Program-made: the position numbers and the translations under genes
Shown: positions 13,655-26,358 of the stretch, in pieces
Layout of the letters: every line of letters starts with the position of its first letter
Numbering within the stretch: the first letter of the stretch is position 1
The notes under the pieces: generated by a model
Databases searched by the model: none
What the model was told of the DNA's origin: nothing
Seen by the model: only the letters and a program-made list of their open reading frames with translations
Assembly: GCA_951406725.2 (NCBI GenBank)
Contig: OX597817.1
Location: 89,280,001-89,344,000 of the forward strand
From: Octopus vulgaris
Lineage: Eukaryota
Direction: 5' to 3'
DNA length: 64,000 nucleotides

Positions 13655-14680
13655 CTTTCTATCATAGGCATAAAGCCTGAAATTGTTTCGGGAATATGTG
13701 TGTGTGTGTAGCGGGGTAGTCGATTACATCGGCTCCAGTGCTGGACTGGTATTTATTTTACCAACCCCCGAAGGATGACCTCGGTGGAATTTGAGCTCGA
13801 TGCAAAAATGGATGAAATGCTGCTAAGCATATTGTCCGACATACTAACGATTCTGCCCTCGCCCACAGAACTCAAATGGTATTGATTTTATTGACTCCGA
13901 AAGAATAAAAGGCAGAGTCTACCTCGGCGGAATTTGAACGCAGAACATAAACGCGTAGGAGTGGCTGTGTGGTAAGTAGCTTGCTTACCAGCCACATGGT
14001 TTCGAGTTCAGTCCCACTGCATGGCACCTTGGGCAAGTGTCTTCTACTATAGCCTCGGGCCAACCAAAGCCTTGTGAGGGGATTTGATAGACGGAAACTG
14101 AAAGAAGCCCGTCGTATATATGTATATATGTGTGTGTGTGTATGCTTGTGTGTCTGTGTTTGTACCCCCATCATCGCTTGACAACTGATGCTGGTGTATT
14201 TATGGCCCCGTAACTTAGCGATTCGGCAAAAGAGACCGATAGAATAAGTACTAGGCTTACAAAGAATAAGTTCTGGGGTCGATTTGCTGTACTAAAAGAC
14301 GATGCTCCAGCATGGCCGCAGTCAAATGACTGAAACAAATAAAAGAATAAAAAAGAGAGAATGAAATGACGCCAAACATTTTGCCCGGCTGCTCGCTGCC
14401 TTTGCAACATTGACAATAATAGCAATAATACCGACAGTAGCAAAAACATCGAATCTATTAACAACAACAAAAACATGGACGACAAAAAGAGCAACAAGAA
14501 CGACAAAATAAACAATGACATGACAAAGAATCTTTTCTACTCTAAGCACAAGGCCCGAAATTTTGGGGAGAAGGGGCCAGTCGATTAGATCGACCCCAGT
14601 ACGCAACTGGTACTTTATTTATCGACCTCGAATAGATGAAAGGCAAAGTCAACCTCGTCTGAATTTGAACTCAGAACGAA
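13655..14680. mobile_element. SINE cluster: family B (-, 13655-13865; fragment 13880-13950), family A (+, 13952-14350), family B (-, 14530-14680)
   Basis: Family-diagnostic head, core and tail sequences as above. Confidence 0.85.
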
Positions 14681-14714
14681 CGTGACAAAGAATAATTAAA
14701 CTACTACTACTGGA

Positions 14715-15371
14715 ATTAACGGCGACGTAACGGTTGTCTGGCTTCTAACAGCTTAGAAGGACGCTGCCATGAGCAAAACAAGTTTACGAGTAGTTTTCGC
14801 GCTATAGGAATGGTCACTTGTCTCTTGAAAACAAACCTCGTTCAGAGCGTCCGTTAAGCTCCCAAACGAATGAAATCGTCATAAAAATTCATAAACTGAT
14901 TTTGGAGGATCATCACTGAACAGCTGACGAACTTGATATGACTGGTGTGTCCTGGATCTCCTGCCAACGAATTTTGAGCGAGGAATTACGAATGAAAAGA
15001 GTTGCAGCAAAATGTGTGCCTCACTTGCTCATGAAAGAACAAAAGAGGTCACGACTGAAAGCATGTCGTGAACAGAAAGAACATTTGGAAGTTGATCTGG
15101 ATTTTTTTTTCGAAGGTCATCGCAGGTGACAAAAGCTGGTGCTACGGAATTTGCAGATGTGGAATAGGTGAAGAAAAAAAAATCGACGGAGGCATTAAAA
15201 GGCATCACTTCGCAAGAATTCCAGTACTACTTCGAATAGTGGAAAACATGCCCGGATCAATGCATTGCTTCAAATGGAGAATACTTTGAAGGCGATAAAA
15301 GTGTAAACATTTAAAGCTAAGTGAATAAAAAATATTGCAAAATTCCGGTTTCTTTTGGGTTCCCCCTCGTA
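14715..15371 (+). mobile_element. Decayed mariner transposon with right TIR
   Basis: Peptides DAAMSKT, SLENKPRSERP, MKRVAAKCVPHLL (WVPHEL-like), KVIAGDKSWCYG, CIASNGEYFEG; ends ttttgggttccccctcgTA. Confidence 0.88.
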
Positions 15372-15500
15372 CAATTCCTAATATTTAATTATAAAAATAT
15401 AATAGGTTTTTTAAAACATCGAATAGCTATGACGGTTCACCTGAGTAAAACAGGAATTAAAGGAGTCCATAGGAAATAAAGGAGTGGTCGAGAACCACTG
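15372..15500 (-). mobile_element. hAT (Charlie-like) non-autonomous element end
   Basis: Reverse complement starts cagtggttctcgacc...atggactccttt, the same family as 30548 and 53209. Confidence 0.6.
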
Positions 15501-15685
15501 CTTTAGTAGAAAGAATTAATGTGGTTGTTGATGTTGCTACTTCTGGTCGTGTGGTGCTACAGCCGTACTTGTCCACATGACTCAGACTTTGCAGTGGATC
15601 TGATTCTAACAGGCGTAAACGTAAATGTATTTTCTATAGAACGACAAAACGATGCTTGGCATCGAGTTTCTAAATCTGAAGACAC

Positions 15686-15769
15686 TACAAATGACAGAGA
15701 TGATATGACACTACTTTAGGCTGTACAAATGACAGAGATGATATGACACTACTTTAGGCTGTACAAATG
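15686..15769. repeat. 38-bp perfect tandem duplication
   Basis: tacaaatgacagagatgatatgacactactttaggctg occurs twice. Confidence 0.9.
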
Positions 15770-15858
15770 CCATCTTGATTACGTCATCGATATTTAAAGA
15801 ACTTTCCCGTAAGAATCAGTCATAGAATTACAAACAGAAAGTTTGTTTGGTACTTGAA

Positions 15859-16518
15859 TACAAGGTGGTATCAAAAAGTTCTCGGACTAGTTCTGTAGCA
15901 CGCCAACAGATGGCAGTACACATCTGTGTGCACTACGAGGACTAGCAGTGACCTTCATGAGACAGTGTGCTGAGTGACATAGCTGTGACTTCGCAAGTTG
16001 TGAAATTTGTGTTTTGTAATCCCGTGTATGCTGTAGTGTGCGATTTTATTATGGATAAGAAGTTGGAACAAAGAGCCAACGTGAAATTCTGTGTTAAACT
16101 TGGAAAGCCTGTTGTAGAGACATTGAGCATGCTCCGGCAAGCTTACGGTGACGAGGCAATGGGTCGTACGCAATGTTTCGAGTGGCAAGGTCGCCTTAAA
16201 AGCGTACGATTGTCCTTGGACGACGACTAACGATCTGGAAGACTTTCTACGAGCGTCACCTCCGGAAATATGGACAAAATTTATCAGCTTGTGTTTACAT
16301 ACATTTTCTGCAACTTTGCGTAGGCCTCTGAGCAGGTATCGCCATGACAACTTTCTCTATCATAATCGATGTGACGTTCGCACGCTACACAACTTCCTTT
16401 CAAGCAAAATTTAGTGCGCATGCACAGCAGAGTTCAAGGTCAATCTGTGCCACGCAATTTACTCTGTGTGCTTCAGCTTTGTTACTATGGCAAGAGTCCG
16501 GATACTTATTGTTCAGGC

Positions 16519-16524
<6 letters not shown>
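15859..16524. mobile_element. Mariner composite: two left ends in inverted orientation
   Basis: Plus strand: TAcaaggtggtatcaaaaagttctcggact TIR and MDKKLEQRANVKFCVKLGK...TLSMLRQAYGDEAMGRTQCFEW. Minus strand: TAcgaggcctgaacaataagtatccggact TIR and HGDTCSEAYAKLQKMY. Confidence 0.8.
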
Positions 16525-16593
<69 letters not shown>

Positions 16594-16599
16594 GAGTAA

Positions 16600-17319
16600 G
16601 TAGACAAACGAAAGAAGGGCGATGTTTTGGTCCATGTACGACTCTATTCTTTCTTTCTATCAACCCTTTCACGCTTATTCATTCATTCCACTCTTCGTTC
16701 TTTCGTTCCCCCTTTCTCACACTTCCCTGCCTTCTCTTCTTGCTCACTTTCCCTCCTCTTTTCACTTCACTGTGCCTCTGTCATTTTTTTTGCCCCTCCT
16801 TAATTCTTCTGTCCCTCTTCCTCTACCTCTCTCTCTTATCTTCCCACGTGACCGGTGTTCGGCCAAGCCTGATCTTTCTTTCTTGGTTCGGTCGTCGTCC
16901 GTGCAGCATATGTATTCCTCCCTGTGCCTGTGAAATCTTGTATCCCTGCCGTAAGGCTTTATTTCCACAAACACAAGCTTAATTTAATTCGCCCTTAGTC
17001 GAAAGACACCTGTTGTTATGTCCTGTTATTTGCATTTGTGTAACATTCTCCGTTTTTTTTTTCGACCTTGTTTTCGTATACATTCGCTGCTTTCTTCCAA
17101 AGAATCTAATGCTCTTAGCTTAGTTTTTCCTTGGGGCTGGCCAGATTGGAGTAATCTCGAGTATAACTAGCCGAAATTGCAAAGATAATCTGGAACTCGA
17201 CTGAGGAAAGAAAACTCCGAATGACCTGTCCTTGTTTTCTTTATATCGTCTCTCTGGATGTTTTGTTGTCCCTTTTTTGTATCACCTGTCTGGATGTTTT
17301 GCATTCTTGTCCCATTTTG

Positions 17320-17325
<6 letters not shown>
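16600..17325 (+). mobile_element. Microsatellite-flanked repeat resembling a PLE terminal region
   Basis: Pyrimidine-rich unit between (CA)n and (TA)n. Organisation (stem-cgaaa...gactgagga...gtccttg, T-rich tail) resembles 59930-60340 and 62840-63200. Confidence 0.4.
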
Positions 17326-17388
<63 letters not shown>

Positions 17389-18233
17389 CATCTGTGTATA
17401 CATGTATATATGTTTGCATAAGAGAGAGAGAGAGAGAAGGAAAGAGAGGGGAAGAAAGAAACTGATTGACAGAGATAGATAGAAAAAAGTATCGACACAT
17501 AGACAGAGACTGTTGCAGTGGTGTAGGAACGAAATAGGCAGAATATGTGTTTAACATTAAAGCCTCTCTCTTTACTCGTTTAATGTAACACTATATGACA
17601 TAAGCGTGTGTGTATATGTGCATGTGTGTGTGTGTGCGTACATGCGTGTATGAGTGTGTGTACGTGTGTGTGTGTGCACGCGTTTGTTGGGTATCTAACT
17701 TTCATATCTAGGTCATTCCGATAACTAATCGCAAAATAGATCCCTTTATCAAAGTCAACTGACAGCCAAGCAAGCGTTCATATTTTAAATGCAACAGCGT
17801 CACCTGTGCTTTTATTATGTAGACATCTCAAGAAAATTGAAGACAATGGTTATAGCTTGTGTTTCGACCTCTTAAGCGTTTTCAGCTATAACATATCGGT
17901 CAAAGCACATGGTATCATACAGTATGAACATTGTGCTTCCAAAACTAGAGTCAAACATAGATACATGCAATAACACGCATTTTGAAGTGGGAGAGTATAG
18001 TTATTATATTGGATATGACTGGTATTTTATTTTATCGACTCGGGAGGAAGAAAGCGGAAGTCGATGTCGGCGGGATTTGAGCAGGTATTGTGTCTGCTTC
18101 TATACAGATTTTGCTGATCTGCTGCTCTCACTCTGTATCCAGTATCGAGAACTCGAAATAGGATAATATCGCTCATCCACAGAATTAATAGAATTAAAGA
18201 ATGGTGGTCTACTTTGTACAAAGGTTTTATAGC

Positions 18234-18264
<31 letters not shown>

Positions 18265-18267
18265 TAT

Positions 18268-18300
<33 letters not shown>

Positions 18301-18413
18301 CACACACACATATATGTGTATATGTTGTGTGTGTATATATATACATATACATATATATATATAATACATATATATATGTGTGCGTGTATGTATGTATACA
18401 TATATATTTTCAT

Positions 18414-18445
<32 letters not shown>

Positions 18446-18955
18446 TGTATGTATATATATATATACATACATATTTATATGTATAATGGAGAAGGAATTG
18501 TTATGACTAATAGCAAAACCAGACAAAGAATATTTTCGGCGTGTAATTGACTATATTGTTATAGGTGAAAACGAAAGTCATTACGTCACCAAAGTTGACT
18601 GACACTGTAATTTCAAGATTTTTGCCCTGCAAATTCATTGTAAGCAGACGTGACATCATAGCTAGATTACAACTTTAAAGGTGAAACGCTAAGAAAAAAG
18701 TTTGACGTTCTGTAATTCACTTGAACCTTGATGAGAGCAACTTTCGCCGAAATATATTGCTTTGTATAAGAATAATTTCCTTGACTTGAATGTGAGTGCA
18801 ATAGATATACTTCATTTAATGCAAACAAAGAATTTGCACCGAGCGCCTTTCCATTACCAAGTTTTCGGTATTTCTGTTATACCGTCTTTCGATATAACAA
18901 TTCTTTAATGTTTAAGTGCACGCACCGACGCGCGCACACACAGACACATACATAT

Positions 18956-19004
<49 letters not shown>

Positions 19005-19079
19005 GATATAAAAATGCAAGAAATGTTTTTTTGCATAAGTTTACTAGACCGCTCTGCAGGGTAATAATAATAGTAAAAC

Positions 19080-19220
19080 TTTCTACTATTACACAAAATT
19101 TGAGGGAGGGTGATAGTTGATTACATTAACTCCAGTGTTCAACTAGTACTTATTTTATCGACCCCGAAAAGATGAAGGCAAAAAGGACCTTGGCGGAATT
19201 TGAACTCAGAACATAAAGAA
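19080..19220 (-). mobile_element. SINE family B (partial)
   Basis: tacttattttatcgaccccgaaa...ggcggaatttgaactcagaac. Confidence 0.8.
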
Positions 19221-20434
19221 GTGCCAATAATGATAGACATAGAGAGTAATAAAATAATACCAGACTGCATAATTAAGCACTAGCGTCGATATGATCGATT
19301 GAAACTCATGAATGCAATGCCCCAGCTTGACCGTACTCCAGTGACTGAAACAAGTAACAGCGTGAAGGAACAGAGAGTAAACTGGATGATTTACTAAGAT
19401 AGAGATGAATGCAGTTAGAGAGTAAGATGAAAGATGTGGAGAAAATACGAAGAGAATAATAAAGGCAGCGAGAGAGATTTAGTGAAATACAAAGGTAGAG
19501 GTGGAGAGATGAGAAGCAGTAAGGAAGCGGTAAGGTAAGGTTAAGGTTGTGAAAGAGGATGATAAAATAAGAGCTACAAAGAAAATGAAAGTGAAAGTGA
19601 AAGTAAAGAAACAGAAGTGGCTGAGCAGCGAATGAAACAAGATACCATTATATTTCTGATGATTAACATTATTGACAGATTGGCCGGGGTTTTGGATATG
19701 GCGAGGGGATTGACAAAAGAACAATGGTATTTGGCATGAATTCAAAGTATGTCTGTGACCACTTACTTGAACCATTCTGATGGCAATAGCCATATGTTGA
19801 AATCATATATCCGCTTATGTAGGCATTTCAAGGAATATATAGAAATAAAAAAATGATATTGTAACGGTATACATCACGCATTCAAGAAATGTGCTCCCTC
19901 TATCTCTCTCGCAATCTTTGTTTGCCTCACCTCTCTCTTTATACACGAACACAGACACACAGAGACACACACAAATATATACATATGTATATACATACAT
20001 ACACACAACACACAATATATACGCGCACACACATCCATGTGTGTGTGTGTGTGTATGTGTCTGTATATAGAAGGAGAGTGATGTGTAGAAATGTTATTCT
20101 AATCTGTGTTATGTAGCTTTACAGACATTCAGAAAACACACACAAACACAGATATCAAAGTGCAACAATTACCACTGGGATTGTGCTCCTTGACTGGATT
20201 TTCGATTGGTCCTATTTAGAGGCCCTTCTGCATTAAGAGGATTGTATTAATTACCTATTCATCTATACCTAGACTACTCATCTTCCTGCGACTTTTTTCC
20301 TCGTCCTTTCCGTTTTCTCTTCCATGGTTTGATTTCATGTAAAGTCCTACATAAACTGCAGCCTTCTTTTGCATTCTCTCCTCATCTGAAGTCCCTGTGG
20401 CAGATAACAACAACAACAACAACAACAACAATAA

Positions 20435-20635
20435 TAATCCTTTCTGCTATAAGCGCAAAGCCTGAAATTTTTGGGGTGGGGTGCTAGTCGATTACATCGA
20501 CTCCAGTGCGTAACTGGTACTGATTTCATCAATCCCGAAAGGATGAAATGCAAAGTCAACTTCGGTGGAATTTGAACGAAATGCTGCTAAGCATTTTCTC
20601 CGGCATGCTAACAATTCTGCCAGCTCGCCACCTTT
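20435..20635 (-). mobile_element. SINE family B
   Basis: Family B body ending in an (ATT/GTT)n tail. Confidence 0.85.
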
Positions 20636-20769
20636 TGTTGTTGTAGTAGTAGTAGTAGTAGTAGTAGTAAGAGCCGACGAGACAGGAAACCAGCTGGGTA
20701 ACCTGAACGTTTTCCTCCTTTGACTATGGTAGTATTAATGGTGTGTTACTGTCTGTTAATTACCTGTGT

Positions 20770-20938
<169 letters not shown>

Positions 20939-21519
20939 TTTGGTTGCCACAGTGTGGAGGATGACGGGAGATTACAAAGAAAAATATAACGAAATCGATG
21001 TGTCAACATGAAATCGTTTATGAAAAATCGGATAAAAAGTCAACAGTATATAAAGAAATAGAGTGAAAAGTTATAATATGGGTTTAGGCACCTGGAGTTT
21101 CAATCAAGGAACACCAAATTTTCTGAATTAACTTTACTGTCAAAGCAAGCAATCTCCACCTACTGTGCTTTTTAAGCTACATATGCATACTGAGATTAGA
21201 AGATGCTTTCGAGCCATACACGCAAATACTGTACACCTTTTAACATACTCACAACTACTCTCCAAGTTAGCGTGGTCAAAGAGAAGTGCCTGTCTTTAGT
21301 CGTTTCTCTCTTGTCCATCGTACAACCCCTTTACCATAGTCAACAGGCAAAGGAAAACTACCTTCCCTTCTCAACGAACTTGAGAATGAACTCGTCTGAT
21401 TGCCAAAATTGTCCGACCGACGACAAGAGCTGTTGTCCCTAGGGTGGGGACAACTTCACCACGACGACTATTATTATTACTGCTGATAGTTTTCATTATT
21501 ATTATTGCTGCTAGTTTTC

Positions 21520-21735
21520 ATTTATTCCATTAAAAGTGTTTGGAATTCGTTAAGTTTTTCTATACTTTCATTCCAGAGGATGAAGCAGTCATCGAGATAT
21601 CTTTTCCAATTGTTTTGAATGTAGGTGGAAAAAGAGTTTTCTCGAGTGTTCTCTGGTATAGTTTAATTCCGAGATAGCCCATTACCAGGTTCGCAAAAGA
21701 AGGTGCAATCCGTGTTCCCCATTGCTGTCCCTGAC
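21520..21735 (-). mobile_element. PLE RT fragment (third copy of RT core segment)
   Basis: GTRIAPSFANLVMGYLGIKLYQ...WKRYLDDCFILW, similar to 22691-23186. Confidence 0.88.
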
Positions 21736-21739
21736 TTAA

Positions 21740-22560
21740 CCCTATAAACAGCATTGCTCGAACACTGAACGAGTGCTGGTGCTACGGTTACGTAGCCCTT
21801 CGTGCATCGTGAGCAATTCGGCTGACAACGTTACTGCACCTGTAGATTTTATACTAAATTAGCAATGTACGCACCCCACAGGCAGCACCATCAAGACATA
21901 AATTTCTGGAAGTTGTCTATAGCATTCCATCTGAAGATTATACACCTGATCTTCAACTGATACCTTGAGTCGATCCGAAAACACCGTCTCTCTTTCCGAC
22001 CTCCAATCCTATGTAGAATAAAGGGTTGATATACAACCGACCGTAGTGCGACACTGGTAAAGAACTGTGAACTTGACAATATTCCAAATGCCGAACCCTC
22101 GTAATATTGGTCTCAGTTTGATCCAGAATTGCAGTTTTGAAAAGAAGAGTTGTGGTATGTCATAGCAGAAAAATGGTGACCGCACCTGTTCATTGTGCAG
22201 GAATCGCCAAAGAGTGAATTGACAAATGAGAGATGCTCCAGTTTGGTCTCATCAGAACTGGAACAAGGCTTTACAGTAATATAGGAATAAATGATCAAGG
22301 TGATGCAGATATTCGCTATTTCTTTCCGGTCTTTTATGGTTAACTTTCTCTCAACTCATATCTGGATGAAATTGCACACGACTTTGCCAATTTTCCTCTC
22401 TACATAGAAGCCTGGGTTGATCCAGACCCCAGGGCTCATAACTAAACTACTGGTTCAAGTACTGAGTTGGAGACTCACCAACTTGTTCTAGTTAATGCCT
22501 ATTTTCTCTATTTTGGTTCTGACCACTTTGCGCCAGACCCACTGAAGTTCCTACTGTTAT
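21740..22560 (+). pseudogene. Unidentified decayed coding sequence
   Basis: High-complexity sequence. The frame from 22233 reads MLQFGLIRTGTRLYSNIGINDQGDADIRYFFPVFYG*LSLNSYLDEIAHDFANFPLYIEAWVDPDPRAHN*TTGSSTELETHQLVLVNAYFLYFGSDHFAPDPLKFLLL with only two TAA stops. Confidence 0.4.
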
Positions 22561-22582
22561 GTATGTATGTATGTATGTATGT

Positions 22583-22627
<45 letters not shown>

Positions 22628-22650
22628 CATATATATATGTGTGTGTGTGT

Positions 22651-22690
<40 letters not shown>

Positions 22691-22696
<6 letters not shown>

Positions 22697-24240
22697 CTAT
22701 ACTTTCATTCCAGAGGATGAAGCAGTCATTGAGATATCTTTTCCAATTGTTTTGAATGTAGGTGGAAAAGGATTTTCCATATTTCTCGATTGTTCTCTGG
22801 TATAGTTTAATTTCGAGATAGCCCATTACCAGGTTCGCAAAAGAAGGTGCAATCCGTGTTCCCCGTTGCTGTACCCGATTTTTGTCGGAAGTAGACATTG
22901 TTAAATATAGAATAATTGTTTTCTATGATAAATCTTAGTGTTTCTATACTTTCATTCCAGAGGATGAAGCAGTCATTGAGATATCTTTTCCAATTGTTTT
23001 GAATGTAGGTGGAAAAGGATTTTCCATATTTCTCGATTGTTCTCTGGTATAGTTTAATTTCGAGATAGCCCATTACCAGGTTCGCAAAAGAAGGTGCAAT
23101 CCGTGTTCCCCGTTGCTGTACCCGATTTTTGTCGGAAGTAGACATTGTTAAATATAGAATAATTGTTTTCTATGATACATCTTAGTCCTTCTATTATGAT
23201 TTCTTTTTTAATGCGAGAGGGGAGTTCATACGTGTAATTGTCTAACCAGAATGTGATGGATTCTATTCCTAGAGTGTGGGGGATGTTTGAATATAGGTTG
23301 ACCATGTCGAAGGATACTAGCAGTGTTTACTCATTGACCGTTTTGGGGAGGTGGTTAAGCATGTCCAGATTATCCCTTATATAGCTCTTGATGTGTTTGA
23401 GGAAGGGTTTCAGCAGAGTGTCAAGGAAATTGCTGAGGTGGTAGGTTTCGCATGCTGGATTTGCTATTATTAGTTATTAGTCTCAGGTCATCAGGTGAGG
23501 GGACGTTGATGATTATGCATCTGGCTCCTTTGCATGCCTCGCTTATTATTCTGCTTCTGTGGATTTGGGGGATACCGTAGAATAAACTTGATTTACTCTT
23601 GAAATTGGTAATGTCGTATTCCTTGTCTGTGAGTCCTCGATATGAGTTAATTAATGTCCTGAAATTATTCATTATTTTTTGTTGGCTATAGTGTTGGACC
23701 TTTTCGTAATATGTCTCATCCCCTAATAGAGATTGTACTGGATTTTTATAGTCCCTCGTGTTCATTAGGACTACTGTGTTACCTTTATCTGCCTCTTTGA
23801 TTGTTATGGTTCTATCTTATTTTAGTTCGTTATGGTCGTTCCATTCTCTCTTGTTGAAATTTGGTCTTGTTTATTTGTGAGCTGATTAGGGTAATTGATG
23901 ATGTGTTCACAGAATTGGTCGAGGGCTTTTATTATTTTATTTGGTAGGGGTGTAGTGGTTGCTAGTTCTAGCTATTGAATCGTCTTCGATGTGCTTGTCA
24001 TAAAATTCCTCGGCTAGTCTTAATTAAGACTTTGGATAGTATGCTTATCTGGTTGGGTGTAAGTTCTTTATTTGAGAGATTGACTATTTTAATTACGTGT
24101 GGTTTCTCTGGTACGTCCGGTAGCATCGTGTATCTCTGTCTCTGTGTACTGGACCTAAAATATGGTTGGTGTGGTTGGGTTTAATAGCGTTGTTTATCCG
24201 TCTTCTGTTCCTATAATTTTTATAGTGGGTTAGTGGTGTA
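22691..24240 (-). mobile_element. Decayed Penelope-like element (RT; Neptune/Poseidon-like) with 247-bp tandem duplication
   Basis: IKEADKGNTVVLMN, FYGIPQIH, FDMVNLYSNIPH, RQKSGTA.GTRIAPSFANL, WKRYLNDCFILW; 22691-22937 is repeated at 22938-23186. Confidence 0.92.
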
Positions 24241-24808
24241 CTATTTTGACGATAGCATCATTACGTGGAGCTAAGATGGTTCGCTCACAGAGCCATTGAC
24301 TCGCTAAAGATCTGCGCAACATTTGGGAACACATGCATTATGAGATCATTGACCATCTCACCAGCGGTTTGGCCGTTCATAGAGGCCGCACACAAATATA
24401 TGTCTTATATATGTCAGACCTGTTGACATATGGAGGGCAAAGTCGAACTAGGCGGAATTTGAACTCAGTACGTAGTGACATATGAAATACGGCTAAGTAT
24501 TTCGCATGGCGTGTTAACAATTCTCTCAGCACGATAATGATGTTGTTGTTGTTGTTGTTGATGATGATGATGATGATGATGATGGTAGTGGTGGTGGTTG
24601 TTGTGGTTATTGTGGTAAAGTAGAAGTGGAAGTGGTTAGCAGTGATAGTAGTCGTTGTGGTGGTAGTCGTTATAATGAAGCGGATCTGTTGACACTGGAA
24701 GATTTTTACAGAAATGAACCTGTACGTACAAATAGAAAGCTGGAGAAGAATATCAAAAATGAAAGTACTTTTAGAAATTCTTTGTTATCAGAGACCGTCA
24801 CAACTGTA

Positions 24809-24872
<64 letters not shown>

Positions 24873-24874
24873 TA

Positions 24875-24913
<39 letters not shown>

Positions 24914-24959
24914 CAATATTATTTGTTTTAATAAAAAAAGAAAAGAAATCAAGACCATA

Positions 24960-25070
24960 TTATTTCCAAGGTCAAATTATTCATGTACCCCAAGTATGGT
25001 ACAAATTGATCTAAAGGTTTGACCGTGCATAGAGGACACACACAGACAACGTATTATATATATATATAGA
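24960..25070 (-). mobile_element. Helitron-like non-autonomous 5' end
   Basis: Reverse complement tctatatatatataatacgttgtctgtgtgtgtcc...cacggtcaaacc...accatacttgg resembles a TC-start non-autonomous Helitron end. Confidence 0.4.
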
Positions 25071-25294
25071 TACATACATAGATACATAGATACATACATA
25101 CATACATACATACATACATACATACATACATACATACATACATACATACATACATACATGTGTGTGTGTGTGTGTGTGTACAAACACACACACACAAACA
25201 AGGATACAAATACATTAGCACATAGGGATACACATCTAAGAAGAACAGAATGGAGTAAGTGGAGCAAGAGCACACACGAAAAAGAAATGTGTCG

Positions 25295-25331
25295 CCAGAG
25301 AGGTCACAGATGTGTGACGAAATATTTCTGG
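25295..25331 (+). ncRNA. Hammerhead-shaped structure with deleted core
   Basis: CCAGA-GAG-GUCACA-GAUG-UGUGAC-GAAA-UA-UU-UCUGG: stems I and II are intact, and CUGANGA is reduced to GAG. Confidence 0.45.
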
Positions 25332-25738
25332 ACAATGGACTTGAGTTAAAATAATAAAATAAGAACAGTAATAAACGAGTGAAGAAAATATATATTGCAC
25401 GTGTGTTTATTTGGTAATAAATAAATAAATTAAAAAATAAATAAATAAAAATGAATAACCGTCCCGAAATACAATATATATATAGACATCTCAAAAGTAA
25501 ATGGAAACGATCGTTTTTGGAAAATTTATTTCTGGAAGCAAAATAATATCATTTGATGCATTTAAATACTAATATTTAGTATATACACTTTATGTAGGCT
25601 TTAATGCTTAACCCGTTTGGGTTTGGTACTAATGACTAATGTCCACCCAGTTAAAACAGTATAATGAAAGGTGTCCATTTACTTTGAGACTGTGTGTGTG
25701 TGTATGTGTGTGTATGTATGTGTGTGTGCATATTTAAC

Positions 25739-25776
<38 letters not shown>

Positions 25777-25859
25777 GTGTACAAAGAAAACGACGAAATC
25801 TGTTGAGATTTTGATAAACAAAATTTTATTCTTCTCGTATGCAAAAGTAAAACAACACA

Positions 25860-26276
25860 TACTGCCGTTACTACGAACAGCAAAATGTCAAGAGAGAGGC
25901 TGAACGTTGTTGTTCTTGGTGTGATGACAACAACAGTCAAAGTGTAGTTAGTTGGTGCTGGTTTTGCCGTTATTGTTCATCATTGAACAATCTAGCGCCA
26001 GCTTGGGTCAGCAGCTGTCCGCGTCTGTCCGCCGTTCGTCTGTCGTTTCCTTTCTGCTGTTTCTCAATACTCCCTGTGTTGCATCCCAAAGCTCTCTGTC
26101 AAGTAGCCAGGGTATGTCGAATCTATACAGATTCGTGAGCTCAGAAAGAAGCGCGCCAAAACATGAAATCGTCGTGGGAATCTATTTCAGGCAAAGTTCT
26201 GATTGGTCAGACTTTGTAGATCACATGAGAAATGTTTTAGCGAATCGCGACATCTGGTAATTGCTGAATATTACCG

Positions 26277-26280
<4 letters not shown>
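25860..26280. promoter_or_regulatory. CpG-enriched unique island with CSL/Su(H) site, NF-Y box and E-box
   Basis: CGTGGGAA 26173-26180; ctgattggtc (GACCAATCAG on minus) 26199-26208; GCAGCTG about 26011; minus-strand donor-like GTATGT about 25862. Confidence 0.35.
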
Positions 26281-26324
<44 letters not shown>

Positions 26325-26358
26325 AATATTAATTAATGGGAGATGGATTTGGTATTAA

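Noticed and set aside
25952-26260. 102-aa ORF with hydrophobic N-terminus suggesting a secreted protein
   Set aside because: Non-ATG start, no recognisable family, and the donor phase does not fit the next candidate exon.
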